From a virus (taxonomy: Duplodnaviria; Caudoviricetes), in IMG/VR virus record IMGVR_UViG_3300044557_000185, positions 1 through 64,000 of that record: a stretch of DNA of 64,000 nt; one strand, written 5' to 3'. Below the pieces are notes generated by a model. It saw only the letters and a list, made by a program, of their open reading frames with translations. It was not told the DNA's origin and made no database searches. The translations under genes and the position numbers were made by a program. Shown here piece after piece: positions 50,293 through 60,512 of the stretch. How positions within the stretch are numbered: position 1 is the first letter of the stretch; each line of letters begins with the position of its first letter.

Positions 50293-52241
50293 ATCACCTG
50301 ATACTGAACTGTAAGAGTGCTTGCAGATGCATTAGCTGCACCTGTCCATGCTGTAGCAAATGGAGTTGTAGCATCGACTTCATATGATTCCAATCCTCTG
50401 CCTATTGACAGCTCGTTCTCTTTCATAGCTATAGAGTCATCACCAAGAGCTATGGAATGCTTGTATCCTGAATATCCACCAATAGAGCTTGTCTTGGCGA
50501 CATGACGTTCATTGCCATCTTCATCCTGGACGATGTCATATTCTATGAAGCCAGGCGCTTTTTCTGTCAGCTCTATTCTACCCCATATGCATTGTGCAGA
50601 TTCTGCATTCAAGAACTGATTAGTATCGTTCTCAGGAGTATTCAAGTATATCGTGTAGACGTAATGAGCATCGTATTCCGTAGAAAGCTTATTGTCTATG
50701 AAACCTTGAGATTGCGATGCATTTTCTATGCCAAGCCATGAAGTGTAGATTGTCTGACCAGATTCAGTACGTACCTCTCTGACTTTGAATGGAGATCTAG
50801 CTAATACGAATGTTCCTACAGATGTGCCTATGATAGATCGTATTGGATCATTAGCTTTTCCAGAACCTTTTATAGTGACGCCATCGACAGCAATAGCCAT
50901 ATTGCCAGAAAGAGTGTCAATGTAGTGCTTGTTGACAGCATCGAAGTCATCTGACGGATCATTGACATTTGACAAGCGACGTCTCAATGACGTGGAAGCA
51001 TCACCAAATGACACTTGAAGAGGATCTGTCGTCTTTGATTCATTGCCAATAGCTACTGAATTCTGACTTGCTGCAGCGTCTTTTCCTATAGCTACTGAAT
51101 CAGTTGCAGATGCATTGTCTCCTATTGCTGTTCCATTGCTAGCATTGACTCCAGATCCGAAAGCTACTGAGCCAGAAGCTGTTATGTTCGAGCCTACAGC
51201 TGTAGAGTTAGAAGTATTTGAGTCTGTTCCTGCCAGTATGTTGACGAACTGCTTGTTAGCTGCAGCTAATGCAGATTCTTTAGCTAAAGCATAAGTAGTC
51301 ATTGCTATGCCGCTAGCAGACAATGGCGAGTTAGTTATAGACGTCTCGTCTACAGCTTTCCAGTCTACTTTTCTATTAGCGTAGTCTGTAAGATTTGCAT
51401 TCAGAGTCTCTATGTCTGAAGCGTTCTTAGATACAGATGTGTTCAGATCGCTAAGCTTCTGATTTGATGATACTGTCTGTCCATTGCTGAATACAGCAAG
51501 ATCACCATCAGCTGCAGAAGAGTCTTTGTCTTGCTTCTTAGCGTAGTTAGTCTGAAGCACAGACACTGCTTTATTCAGAGTATCTAAGTCTGTCTGCTTA
51601 GCAAGAGTAGATATGGCGATCATCGTCTGATTGCCGTTGTCGTCTGTAGCATACATTGAATTCTGAGAGCTAGACAGATGCAGCACTTCGCTGTCTTTAG
51701 CTATGTTGGCAAGATTGACTACGCCATCAGATATCGGCACAGCAATGCCACCAACTTGTATCTGCTGCACTCCCTTTAGTGAAGCTATGTCATATACAGT
51801 TTGCTTGCCATTAGCATCTGTGCCGTAGATCATGTTAGCCATGTCAGTAGTGACAAGCATAGAAGTCATGTTTATGACAGCCACATTGTTCTTGACTACA
51901 GAAGCGCCATTGACTACTACATCTGCTACAGCATTAGCATTGCCGTACTGGAATACGATAGCATTAGAAGCTTGACCGCCATCTGTAGATGGATTGACTA
52001 CAAATACGCTGAATGGCGGAGTGAATGTTATAGGGTCTGCTACGATTATGTCAGATGCTTCTCTAGTCACTGACCTTACTGCAAGTTGCTCTAGCTTGTC
52101 ATCGACTGAAACGAATACTTGCGCATCGTCATCAAATCCTGAGCCTACAAGAGAGCACACTTCTGCGCCAAGTATGACAGACATTAGTCTCAGACCATTG
52201 TCATACTGCAATGGTCTTATGTATGTCGTATCACTAGCCAT
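50289..52241 (-). CDS. Tail fibre with YadA-like head repeats and neck
   Basis: AIG..A.A..S repeats; VSFG..RRLSNV.DP..DFDAVNK. Confidence 0.75.
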   Translation of the reverse strand: MASDTTYIRPLQYDNGLRLMSVILGAEVCSLVGSGFDDDAQVFVSVDDKLEQLAVRSVTREASDIIVADPITFTPPFSVFVVNPSTDGGQASNAIVFQYGNANAVADVVVNGASVVKNNVAVINMTSMLVTTDMANMIYGTDANGKQTVYDIASLKGVQQIQVGGIAVPISDGVVNLANIAKDSEVLHLSSSQNSMYATDDNGNQTMIAISTLAKQTDLDTLNKAVSVLQTNYAKKQDKDSSAADGDLAVFSNGQTVSSNQKLSDLNTSVSKNASDIETLNANLTDYANRKVDWKAVDETSITNSPLSASGIAMTTYALAKESALAAANKQFVNILAGTDSNTSNSTAVGSNITASGSVAFGSGVNASNGTAIGDNASATDSVAIGKDAAASQNSVAIGNESKTTDPLQVSFGDASTSLRRRLSNVNDPSDDFDAVNKHYIDTLSGNMAIAVDGVTIKGSGKANDPIRSIIGTSVGTFVLARSPFKVREVRTESGQTIYTSWLGIENASQSQGFIDNKLSTEYDAHYVYTIYLNTPENDTNQFLNAESAQCIWGRIELTEKAPGFIEYDIVQDEDGNERHVAKTSSIGGYSGYKHSIALGDDSIAMKENELSIGRGLESYEVDATTPFATAWTGAANASASTLTVQYQVI

Positions 52242-52327
52242 TTGATTCTGTCACCTTTTTGTGTTTGCCATCTTTATATGATTATATCAAAGATATGTTT
52301 TGATTGCAGTAGTAGTCGATATTAATG

Positions 52328-52406
52328 ACGTTGTTCTCTGTTGATACAAAATTTTAGTATATATAATTATATACATTCTATACTAGATGTTCACAGAGAT
52401 AAACGT
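52328..52406 (-). repeat. Dyad element copy 8 (79 bp)
   Basis: ACGTTGTTCTCTGTTG...TATATATAATTATATA...GTTCACAGAGATAAACGT. Confidence 0.95.
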
Positions 52407-52445
52407 GATGATTCTGATGATATACTGAATGACATTCTAATATCA

Positions 52446-52715
52446 TTATCTATCATTCTCTACTTCTTTTAGTCTAGAGTCTATTCTGTCTATAGACTTA
52501 GACATAGAATCGATCTTGCCATTCATTAGTATAAGCATGTCTGTCATAAGACTAACTTGCTTCTCTTCATCAATATCAGAATCGTCTTTTTCATGCCATT
52601 TGTAGCTATGCTTCGGAACGTCTCTGTTTTGCTTGCTAGACCATACTGAAAGAAAAGAGAATATTGCTGTTACTAAAGCTGTCAGCAAAGAAGATGACAA
52701 TATAGTCTGCATCAT
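52446..52715 (-). CDS. Membrane protein with coiled coil
   Basis: N-terminal TM segment. Confidence 0.7.
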   Translation of the reverse strand: MMQTILSSSLLTALVTAIFSFLSVWSSKQNRDVPKHSYKWHEKDDSDIDEEKQVSLMTDMLILMNGKIDSMSKSIDRIDSRLKEVENDR

Positions 52716-53284
52716 TTTTGTCTTGCTTTCTTTATAGCTATAGCTTCATTTACTTTCTTGACATCGCACAATCTATCAAAGCCAAGAGAAGCAAAATTAG
52801 CTGAAACAACAAGATAGTAAGATGCACGTATCAATTCATCTTGACTAGTCAAAGTAAGACATGCTAGAACGAAATCTATAGCTGTAAGAATAGAAAGAGA
52901 TATCAGAAATATAGCTTCGACATTCTTGATCTGTGTAAGCTCTGAAAATAGCACGCATATACACAAAACTACTAAAGCAAGTGATACTATATTTCTGTGA
53001 GTGTATGTTTCATATGGCTGAAGCAATCTCTCAGTAGTGATAACTCCAAAGAATACGACTGTGAAGTATGTGAAGAACTTTCTGAAGAACAGCAAAAGCG
53101 ATACTTTCTCTTTTTCTGTCTTATCTTTATTAGTACGAGATGCTCGTTTCATAGCATCAACTCTATTCTGAATCTGGTCTGATGTCAATGTCATCAATTG
53201 TGAAGAAGTCTGATGTGTCAATTCTTGCTGCAAAATTGATGATGCTGTTGAAGGAGATGTAGTTTGTGTATACATAAGTATCAC
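52712..53284 (-). CDS. Multi-pass membrane protein (start probably ~53194 or 53152)
   Basis: About four hydrophobic segments. Confidence 0.65.
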   Translation of the reverse strand: MILMYTQTTSPSTASSILQQELTHQTSSQLMTLTSDQIQNRVDAMKRASRTNKDKTEKEKVSLLLFFRKFFTYFTVVFFGVITTERLLQPYETYTHRNIVSLALVVLCICVLFSELTQIKNVEAIFLISLSILTAIDFVLACLTLTSQDELIRASYYLVVSANFASLGFDRLCDVKKVNEAIAIKKARQK

Positions 53285-53768
53285 TGTCCCAAGGTATGCC
53301 TTTTGATACTGAATCTGAACCGATTTGCAAGCTAGTCGTATCGATGTCTATCTTAGCGCCTGAAGCTTTATGCAAATATGACATAAGCACTGAGCTATTA
53401 GGTCTAAGATGAGAGAACATTATGATATTGATGTAAGCATCAATAAGTCTGTTTCTTTGCTGAGACGATAATGCGTAGACATAGACCGAGCATGAAGCTT
53501 TGCATTTTCCATCTTGAACAGGCATGCCATTGTAGTCTTCATGCCATCTGCCTACATTGGCCTGTTGTATCTCTGATATGTTTGCTGCGACTCTTACGAA
53601 TGGGAACTCGGTCTTGACTTGAGGGAATTCCGGATACGTGTTCTTGTCTTCGTCAAGCTGGTCTAAAGCAGGATCTAGCTCATGCCACAGAGATGGCTTG
53701 ATCGATTCTCTCAGACCAAGCACGAAAGCGTTCTTGATTGAAGTCGTCAAGCCATCTGTCATATTCAT
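53163..53768 (-). CDS. Probable tail terminator/completion protein
   Basis: EFP..FP, VYALSSQQRNRLID motif; downstream of sheath. Confidence 0.6.
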   Translation of the reverse strand: MNMTDGLTTSIKNAFVLGLRESIKPSLWHELDPALDQLDEDKNTYPEFPQVKTEFPFVRVAANISEIQQANVGRWHEDYNGMPVQDGKCKASCSVYVYALSSQQRNRLIDAYINIIMFSHLRPNSSVLMSYLHKASGAKIDIDTTSLQIGSDSVSKGIPWDSDTYVYTNYISFNSIINFAARIDTSDFFTIDDIDIRPDSE

Positions 53769-53805
53769 ATCCTATCTTTATACTCAGTATATACTCAGAA
53801 TTATC

Positions 53806-53885
53806 ACGTTTATCTCTGTGAACATAGCATATCATGTCTATATAATTATATATACTCAAAAATCTAAGTTAACAGAGAACAACGT
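53806..53885 (+). repeat. 80-bp dyad element copy 9
   Basis: ACGTTTATCTCTGTGAAC...CTATATAATTATATATA...GTTAACAGAGAACAACGT. Confidence 0.95.
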
Positions 53886-53891
53886 CGTAAT

Positions 53892-55211
53892 TCACTCAGA
53901 ATCTACTGAGAATGTGACATATATCCAGTCGATAGATGCAAGCCACTTGTACTTGAATTCTACGTCTATCGTGCCAGGAGAGCCTGCTCTGTTAGTCACA
54001 GACACGTCTGAGAAGTCTGCTATTATCTGCTGAGACTGCTGCTGAGTAAGAATCATGTCCACTTTAGCAGACATTTCAGACAGAATGACTGCTGTAGACG
54101 GCAATCCTACGTATATGTCTAGAGCAGTTCTCATTATTCTGATGATAGACTGCCTTACAGCGCCATAAGACCATTCTACGATGCTGGACTGAGTAGTAGC
54201 TATGCCATGGCGTATTCTCATCGACGAATTCGACTTCTCGATGACTGTGCAGCCGGATGCTGCAAGAGTGTTCTTCTCTTCATACAGGAAGTTCTGGACT
54301 CCATAGAAGCCATACACATTGCTTCTTGTCAGAGACTCCCATACTTGAGACTGCATGATAAGGCCGCATACTGCTGCTGAGAACAACCAGCCTGGAGCAT
54401 TTACTGGATTGCTGGAAGACGATGGCAGAATGCTTGCGATATTGTTCGGTATGAACATTATGTCATCGTTGTTCAGATTCCTTGCGAAATTGCATAGCTG
54501 GTCTACGGAATATGTAGAAGATGTGCCGTCTAAAGCGAACACTCCTCGTCTTTCAAGAGCGTTAGAATTGCACCAAGCTACATGAGCAGCTACAAGAGAC
54601 ATCTCGTCAGCAGAAAGACCAGCGAAAGTGACAAGAGTCACGTCTTCCTGTATCTTTAGGCTTTCAAGAGCGCTCTGCAAAGTATTGCCTGGATTGTTGT
54701 CTGCAGCGGCGATGACTGGTACTATGCATATAGAAGTAGCGCCATTGTCAAAAGCGAAGTCTGCTGCAGCTGAAGCTGCAGACACTACATTGCCATTGTC
54801 ATCGAAGCCAGTGCCATAGAATGCTTCCACAGACTGTTTAGAGAACCATCTCAATGGCTCGAAGAAGTTGTCTGGCAGCCATGCGTAGCTTATCGATATC
54901 GGCTGAGTTGATATGTCTGCATTAGTTATCGTTATAGAGAAGTTCGACAGATCTTCTGACTGAGCTACAGTGTAGTCAGTGTCTTTGACTAGAGCTGTGC
55001 CATCTTGAGAAGCAAGAGATACTTTGCTAAGAATAAGATTCTTGGCGTAGATAGTGACTGTGGAGCCATTCGAAAGCAGTCTTGTAGTAGTAGTAGACGG
55101 ATAGTCTGCAAGCTTTGCGATCAATGCCATAGTGCTTGGCTGCACAAAAGCTGTAGAGCCATTAGATACTGCAGGTGCATTGACTATTACTGAAGGTGGT
55201 ATGTATGCCAT
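53892..55211 (-). CDS. Contractile tail sheath protein
   Basis: MAYIPPSV start, AFDNGA, IRHGIAT, C-terminal IDWIYVTF. Confidence 0.88.
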   Translation of the reverse strand: MAYIPPSVIVNAPAVSNGSTAFVQPSTMALIAKLADYPSTTTTRLLSNGSTVTIYAKNLILSKVSLASQDGTALVKDTDYTVAQSEDLSNFSITITNADISTQPISISYAWLPDNFFEPLRWFSKQSVEAFYGTGFDDNGNVVSAASAAADFAFDNGATSICIVPVIAAADNNPGNTLQSALESLKIQEDVTLVTFAGLSADEMSLVAAHVAWCNSNALERRGVFALDGTSSTYSVDQLCNFARNLNNDDIMFIPNNIASILPSSSSNPVNAPGWLFSAAVCGLIMQSQVWESLTRSNVYGFYGVQNFLYEEKNTLAASGCTVIEKSNSSMRIRHGIATTQSSIVEWSYGAVRQSIIRIMRTALDIYVGLPSTAVILSEMSAKVDMILTQQQSQQIIADFSDVSVTNRAGSPGTIDVEFKYKWLASIDWIYVTFSVDSE

Positions 55212-55231
55212 TAGTAATTAGCCCCTTCTTT

Positions 55232-55732
55232 CTAGAGCTCAGAAGCTCTTGTGTATTTAGCTGTGAAATTGTAGGTAGCTTGCCTGGCGCCAGTGTTGTT
55301 GACCTGTATGCCATTAGTCACATTCGTTATGATGACGCCCTGATAGCCCAAAGCTTTAGTCGGGGCGCCATCTTCATCTATAGTGACCCATACAAGCTGC
55401 ATCGCACCAAGCTTGATCTGTTGCTTGAACAGATCTACTAGATCCTTAGCGCCCTTGAACTTGCCATTGAATATGGAGCTGAACAAGCCTTGAGCTCTTA
55501 AAGCATACATCGAGAAGTTAAGCGTGCCAGAGCTGACTGCCATCGGCGGTATAATAGCTCTTGGTCTCTGATCGCCTATAGCCATGACATCCATAGCTGA
55601 ACCAAGTGCAGGCTGGCCTGAATCGTTGAATGACACTATCAGATCAAGTGCTTTGCCTTCGAACTGCAGCACTCCATACCCTGCTCCATAAATCGAATAG
55701 TCGCGAGCGTTATATCCTAAATTTTCAGCCAT
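55232..55732 (-). CDS. Tail tube protein
   Basis: 166 aa adjacent to sheath; AIG..RP..I.P..GTL..YQG..IT..Y pattern. Confidence 0.8.
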   Translation of the reverse strand: MAENLGYNARDYSIYGAGYGVLQFEGKALDLIVSFNDSGQPALGSAMDVMAIGDQRPRAIIPPMAVSSGTLNFSMYALRAQGLFSSIFNGKFKGAKDLVDLFKQQIKLGAMQLVWVTIDEDGAPTKALGYQGVIITNVTNGIQVNNTGARQATYNFTAKYTRASEL

Positions 55733-55736
55733 TTAC

Positions 55737-56660
55737 TTATCTTTCTTTAGTAAGAGCATTTCTATAATTGTCAATTTCTTGCTCCTTAAAGAGCTTGAAA
55801 GTCATATCGTGTTCTTTGCAATATTCCTTTGCAGCTTGAACTTTAATCTGAACATTTGCAAAGGTGACAGTATATGCAGACTTAATTTCGACTAAGTCTT
55901 TGTGACCATCTTTGAAGGTGACAAGAAAGTCTGGAAAATAACGATGCCCCGTTGGAAGCTGTATCGTAAAGTTAGGTCTATCAAAATCTTGAATGCTGTC
56001 ATCCTTCAACATAAGCTCGCAGAAAGTCTGTTCGTAAGTCGAATCTGTAGGAATAGTCTTACCAGACTTTGTGATAGCTTTACCACGTATACCATTCCAT
56101 TTTTCAATCATAGCTATTCTTTCTTCATCAGAAAGATTCGCCCAACGCTCTTTTACTATTTCACTCATTAGAGCTCTATGTTCTGGTGATCTGGCTATAG
56201 CTCGTTTCTTTGCAAAGCATTCAGGAGTATGAAGCTTATAATTGTCTTTATGCAAACGATACTGTTCTTTAGCTAGTTCTCTAAGCTTTTTATTAGCTTC
56301 TGGCGTGCTTAGTGCTTCATGAATGTGTTGACAACGAACAGCTTTCTTTTCAGGATCTTCCCAAGATCGCTTGATATTCTTTGCATATCTAGCTTTGTAT
56401 TCTGGATCGTTATTGCGCTTAGATATGCTTTCAGACAAACGCTTCCTATAATCTTCATTCTGCCAGTTTCGCTTTGACAGTTCCGAAAGCTTTTCTCTTA
56501 CTTCTGGCGTATTCAGTGCCTTTTTAGTATTTTGAGAGATCTTTCTAGAAACATCTGGATTATGCTTGTTTGCTTTATGATTGTGATAGCCTCGTATGTT
56601 CTTGCATTCTTTATTGCATATTTCGCAAATTACCACGACATCCTCCGTTCCCACTCTCAA
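55737..56660 (-). CDS. Free-standing homing endonuclease (NUMOD-like repeats plus PD-(D/E)XK, TnsA-like)
   Basis: C2H2 finger, helical repeats, DSTYE, YFPDFLV..VEIKS. Confidence 0.78.
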   Translation of the reverse strand: MRVGTEDVVVICEICNKECKNIRGYHNHKANKHNPDVSRKISQNTKKALNTPEVREKLSELSKRNWQNEDYRKRLSESISKRNNDPEYKARYAKNIKRSWEDPEKKAVRCQHIHEALSTPEANKKLRELAKEQYRLHKDNYKLHTPECFAKKRAIARSPEHRALMSEIVKERWANLSDEERIAMIEKWNGIRGKAITKSGKTIPTDSTYEQTFCELMLKDDSIQDFDRPNFTIQLPTGHRYFPDFLVTFKDGHKDLVEIKSAYTVTFANVQIKVQAAKEYCKEHDMTFKLFKEQEIDNYRNALTKER

Positions 56661-56721
56661 TTACAGCCATCTTTCAAAGCCTTCCTTAATGAATCCTATA
56701 TTGTATATTGTATCCGGTAGA

Positions 56722-58944
56722 TTATGAATTGTAGGAATTTGCGCCCTCTCTTACTATGTCTACCGAATTGATGTACGGTATCATAGAATCCCATAGTCTG
56801 AAGTCTTTGTCATAGCTGCTTGCTAGATAGTGCCTGTACTTCTCAGTAATGCCAATGCCAGAGCCTATCTTCTTGCCAGCATTAGTACCGAATGATACGA
56901 TCTTGCTAGCATCTGCAGGCGTAGCTACCCTGCAAGCGTCTATGAATGAAGACGTGGAGTTGCGCACAGCAGCTTCTATGTCTGAGAACTGTATCCATGA
57001 GCCATATGTGAGAGTAGATGCCCACTCTTTCAGAATAGACTGGACTTGCAGCAATACAGCGTCGTTGGATGCACCAAGCACATTCTGTATGACCAGCCTT
57101 ATGTCAAGACCGACAGAAATAGCTTGTCTAGAAATGACATCCGTAGAGATCTGTCTGTTCGCATCAAGAAGAGCGTCTGTTATTGCTACAGTGCGATTGT
57201 ATGAGTAGCTGAAGTTCATGACAGACGAGTCTGATGGGACAGATGAGCCTGGGACCCATGCTATCGCATCTATCTCGCGCTGAGTTCCAGCATTCAGATT
57301 CTGCTGCTTCAGAAGCCTGTAGTTCGTACCCATAACATACATTGCGCCAGATATGTTCAGTGACTCTGGGATAGTCAGCACTGGAGAGAACCCAAGGACC
57401 TGCATCTTAGTGCCATTCTGAGGATGCGTTCCGTCTTCGTAGTAGTAGTCGTTCATGTTCCATATCGAGCCAGCAACATTGTCGATAGTCTTGGAATTGA
57501 CTTGAGCGCATTCTGTCATGTCATAAGACTCTACGCCATCTACGAACACATCCACTTTGTTGACTAGCGGAGGATTTGCTGCAGGGTCATTTCTTGACTC
57601 TATAGAGCAGTATTCATGCTTGAAGAACAAGAAGTCTCCGACATTGAAATTGACGCTAGCATTGAAAGCGTCTGCAAGCTTTGCTCTGTAGACAGCGTCT
57701 GTCCATATTTCTTGTCCTCCAGATATAGGAGCAGATACTTCGCATTTGAAGCCAGATCTGTCTGGCAAAGTCAGCATAGCGCCTGATGCTACAGATCTTG
57801 GAGCTAAGTCTTCAGACTCCACTGGTACCGCTGCAGATGCTATAGCTCCCGAATAGATAGTGGCATCCGACTTAGTCGAATACACATTGCCGCTAGAGTC
57901 CTGAAGTCTTGTGCCTGCCTTAAGGACATAATTAGACTTCTGAGCTACATCGAAGCCGAATGAGACTGTTCCAGTAGCAGATGAGCCAGAGAATCTGCCT
58001 AGACCGATCTTAGTGCCAAGTGCATCCAGGTCAGCTCCGTACATGTTGTCAAGGTTCAAGTCTGCAGAAGACTTGTACAGCTTAACGACTGGCTGAGCGC
58101 CATATGATGTGTCTACGAAGTAGTCTTTGCCTTCTACATATGCATGCTCATTAGCTGTTCCTGGCTCCTTGACAAGATATGTCTGTCTTGGCCATGTGAA
58201 CTTTGAGCATGGTATCATAGACTGGAAGCCGATGCCACCGCCTAGAGATTGCGGAAGATTGACGACTTCAAGCTGCTCTTCCCATCTCTCGATAGGGCCT
58301 ATGACATTGACTCTGCTGTTGCCGACTACATTCATAGCAGTGCCCATGTATGCATCTTCAGTGCCAGCTACGTTTCTCAGGAATGTAGCTCGTATTCTAG
58401 CTCTAAGTTCTGCGTCAGTCTCTACATCATAGCCGCCAGTGAAGTTGTATCTGTTCTCGACTTTCAGGTCTTTTATGTAGAAGTTGCTTGCTATCTGATT
58501 GATCGAATAAGCATTAGCATTTCCCTGAACGCCTGGAGTAGTGCATGTTGCATTGACGAATACTTCATATTGAGCTACAGGTATGATTGCTGCATCATTA
58601 GTGCTGTATATCAGCGAGCCGTCTGTTATCTGGAAGTCAGAAGGTATGTCTACTTCTACAGTAGCTGGCGTGTCAAGATAGAATCTGACTTGACCTGTAG
58701 CTTTCAATCCGCTCTGTCTGCCAAAGCCAAGCCATGATGCTAGAGCATCAAGATCTGCGCCGCTTTTTGAGTCTATGTCGAAGAATGACATGTTGACTTG
58801 AGCATTGATGTCTATGCCAGATGCTACAGAAGCCGCGGCATCCAGTATCTTTCGTATCGGGTCTCCGACATCTGTGCTTATGTTCGGGTCGATAGTGTTC
58901 AGCGCTTTGACAAGCTGGTCAGACCATTCAGCAGGAGTCTTCAC
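56722..58944 (-). CDS. Baseplate J-like protein
   Basis: GADLD..G..R..ATG.V.F, GG.DVETDAELRARI, AGT motifs. Confidence 0.88.
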   Translation of the reverse strand: MKTPAEWSDQLVKALNTIDPNISTDVGDPIRKILDAAASVASGIDINAQVNMSFFDIDSKSGADLDALASWLGFGRQSGLKATGQVRFYLDTPATVEVDIPSDFQITDGSLIYSTNDAAIIPVAQYEVFVNATCTTPGVQGNANAYSINQIASNFYIKDLKVENRYNFTGGYDVETDAELRARIRATFLRNVAGTEDAYMGTAMNVVGNSRVNVIGPIERWEEQLEVVNLPQSLGGGIGFQSMIPCSKFTWPRQTYLVKEPGTANEHAYVEGKDYFVDTSYGAQPVVKLYKSSADLNLDNMYGADLDALGTKIGLGRFSGSSATGTVSFGFDVAQKSNYVLKAGTRLQDSSGNVYSTKSDATIYSGAIASAAVPVESEDLAPRSVASGAMLTLPDRSGFKCEVSAPISGGQEIWTDAVYRAKLADAFNASVNFNVGDFLFFKHEYCSIESRNDPAANPPLVNKVDVFVDGVESYDMTECAQVNSKTIDNVAGSIWNMNDYYYEDGTHPQNGTKMQVLGFSPVLTIPESLNISGAMYVMGTNYRLLKQQNLNAGTQREIDAIAWVPGSSVPSDSSVMNFSYSYNRTVAITDALLDANRQISTDVISRQAISVGLDIRLVIQNVLGASNDAVLLQVQSILKEWASTLTYGSWIQFSDIEAAVRNSTSSFIDACRVATPADASKIVSFGTNAGKKIGSGIGITEKYRHYLASSYDKDFRLWDSMIPYINSVDIVREGANSYNS

Positions 58945-58958
58945 TATGTTCTCCTTTC

Positions 58959-60281
58959 CTACTTGCTCTTCTCAGGCATCATCGAAAGAGTGCCATCAGA
59001 ATTGTTGACAGACATGAGCGACATCTCTGGAAGATATGTTATGTCAGACGATGACGAGAATGACTTCATTCTGTACTGATGCCCGCTTACTTGCCCTCCA
59101 GATGCTATTATGCTCTTAGACTGCTCTAGCTCGTACTCATTCTGGCTGTCGTACTGGAAAGTGTATGACGACCCGTCTTTGTTCAGAGCTGGAGCACTCA
59201 ATGGAGTCTTTCCGTACTTGCCACCAGGGAAGTTGTCAGGAGAGTCTATCCTGTCGAACTGCTTCCAGTCAGACCACTGTATCGACGAAGTCTTCTCGGA
59301 GAAGCTAGTCTCGTCTTTTGTCGTAGACTCGTATTCCGACTGGTATGAGATGTTCTTTATCTGAGTGTTGTTTGACTTGTCGTACACATAGTACTCAGAA
59401 TACTCTTGCGTCCTGTTCTCTATGTTCTTACGTACTTCTGCTTGATCACCAAGATTAAGATTGAAGTTTGCATCGTAGCCATAAGCTATCTCATCAAACA
59501 AGTATTCTGGAGGTGGCAGCTTAGATGAGTCTACTGCATTAGTCAGAGTCTTGACTATCTCGAAGTATGACGAAGATGCAGATATGTCTCTTAGATCGTC
59601 CTCTTTGTATGATGCAAGTCCGTTTGTGTCTATAGTGACGATGACATCTGCAGGCTTGATCCTGTCTAAGACTCTCAGAAGCAGGTCTTTCTGCTGAGGA
59701 GTTATGTCTTTGTTGTCTGGGACTATGACTACTTCATTTCTGAGAAGATACTGCATTCTGCCGACAGTCTCATCGCGCTTCTCATAGCGCCAAGTCTCGT
59801 ACATCTCACAGTCATCGAATGTGACAGACCTCACTGCTTCCTTGAAGCCTTTGACAGTACCGCCATCATTCATAGCGCGCATCATGTCGACGAAGCGCTC
59901 TTTGTACCATGACTCCTTGACTAGAGCTTCATTAGCTTCATCTACTGTAAGCAACGCTGCATCAGTATCGAACGAAGTCTTTTCTGAGTATACTCTTGGA
60001 AGCCCGTATATGGAAGCAAAAAGCTGGTCTACAAATCCAAGCCAAGCTGTTTCTACACCACCATTTAGCCAGTCTTTTACAGAAGCTGCTAGAAGCTGTC
60101 CAAAGCCTGCTTGTCCACATACTACTTCTACAATGTGCCTTAGATGGCTTGAAGCTGTCTTGTCATATACGTCATCATCAAAATGAGCCATTATGCTGTC
60201 TATGTCAATAGATGACAGCACTGGCAGCGTAGAGGGCATGAAGACCATGTCCTGGCCAAGAGAGCTTTCTTGCTCAGTCAT
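58959..60281 (-). CDS. Baseplate wedge protein (P2 gpI-like)
   Basis: YGLPR, GGT..G, RIKPAD motifs; adjacent to J. Confidence 0.65.
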   Translation of the reverse strand: MTEQESSLGQDMVFMPSTLPVLSSIDIDSIMAHFDDDVYDKTASSHLRHIVEVVCGQAGFGQLLAASVKDWLNGGVETAWLGFVDQLFASIYGLPRVYSEKTSFDTDAALLTVDEANEALVKESWYKERFVDMMRAMNDGGTVKGFKEAVRSVTFDDCEMYETWRYEKRDETVGRMQYLLRNEVVIVPDNKDITPQQKDLLLRVLDRIKPADVIVTIDTNGLASYKEDDLRDISASSSYFEIVKTLTNAVDSSKLPPPEYLFDEIAYGYDANFNLNLGDQAEVRKNIENRTQEYSEYYVYDKSNNTQIKNISYQSEYESTTKDETSFSEKTSSIQWSDWKQFDRIDSPDNFPGGKYGKTPLSAPALNKDGSSYTFQYDSQNEYELEQSKSIIASGGQVSGHQYRMKSFSSSSDITYLPEMSLMSVNNSDGTLSMMPEKSK

Positions 60282-60512
60282 GACTTTCTTGCTACTTCTT
60301 CTCTATCTTAGACAGAATGACTGATATGATCGCTACTATTGCTAGTATAGAAAGCATTATGAAATTCAAGATAGCTGCTCCTATAGCTTGTATTTGATGA
60401 TGAGACCTATATCTCTATATAATCTATTATATCAAACAAGCTACGGTTTGCGATGTTTTCGCTGCTCTCTTTTGCATGAACATCATTGTCCATAGCAACA
60501 TACAGCAAAAAG

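Noticed and set aside
39965-52241. Diversity-generating retroelement or invertase shufflon for the fibres
   Set aside because: No reverse transcriptase or invertase, no TR/VR pair seen, and all fibre genes are co-oriented.
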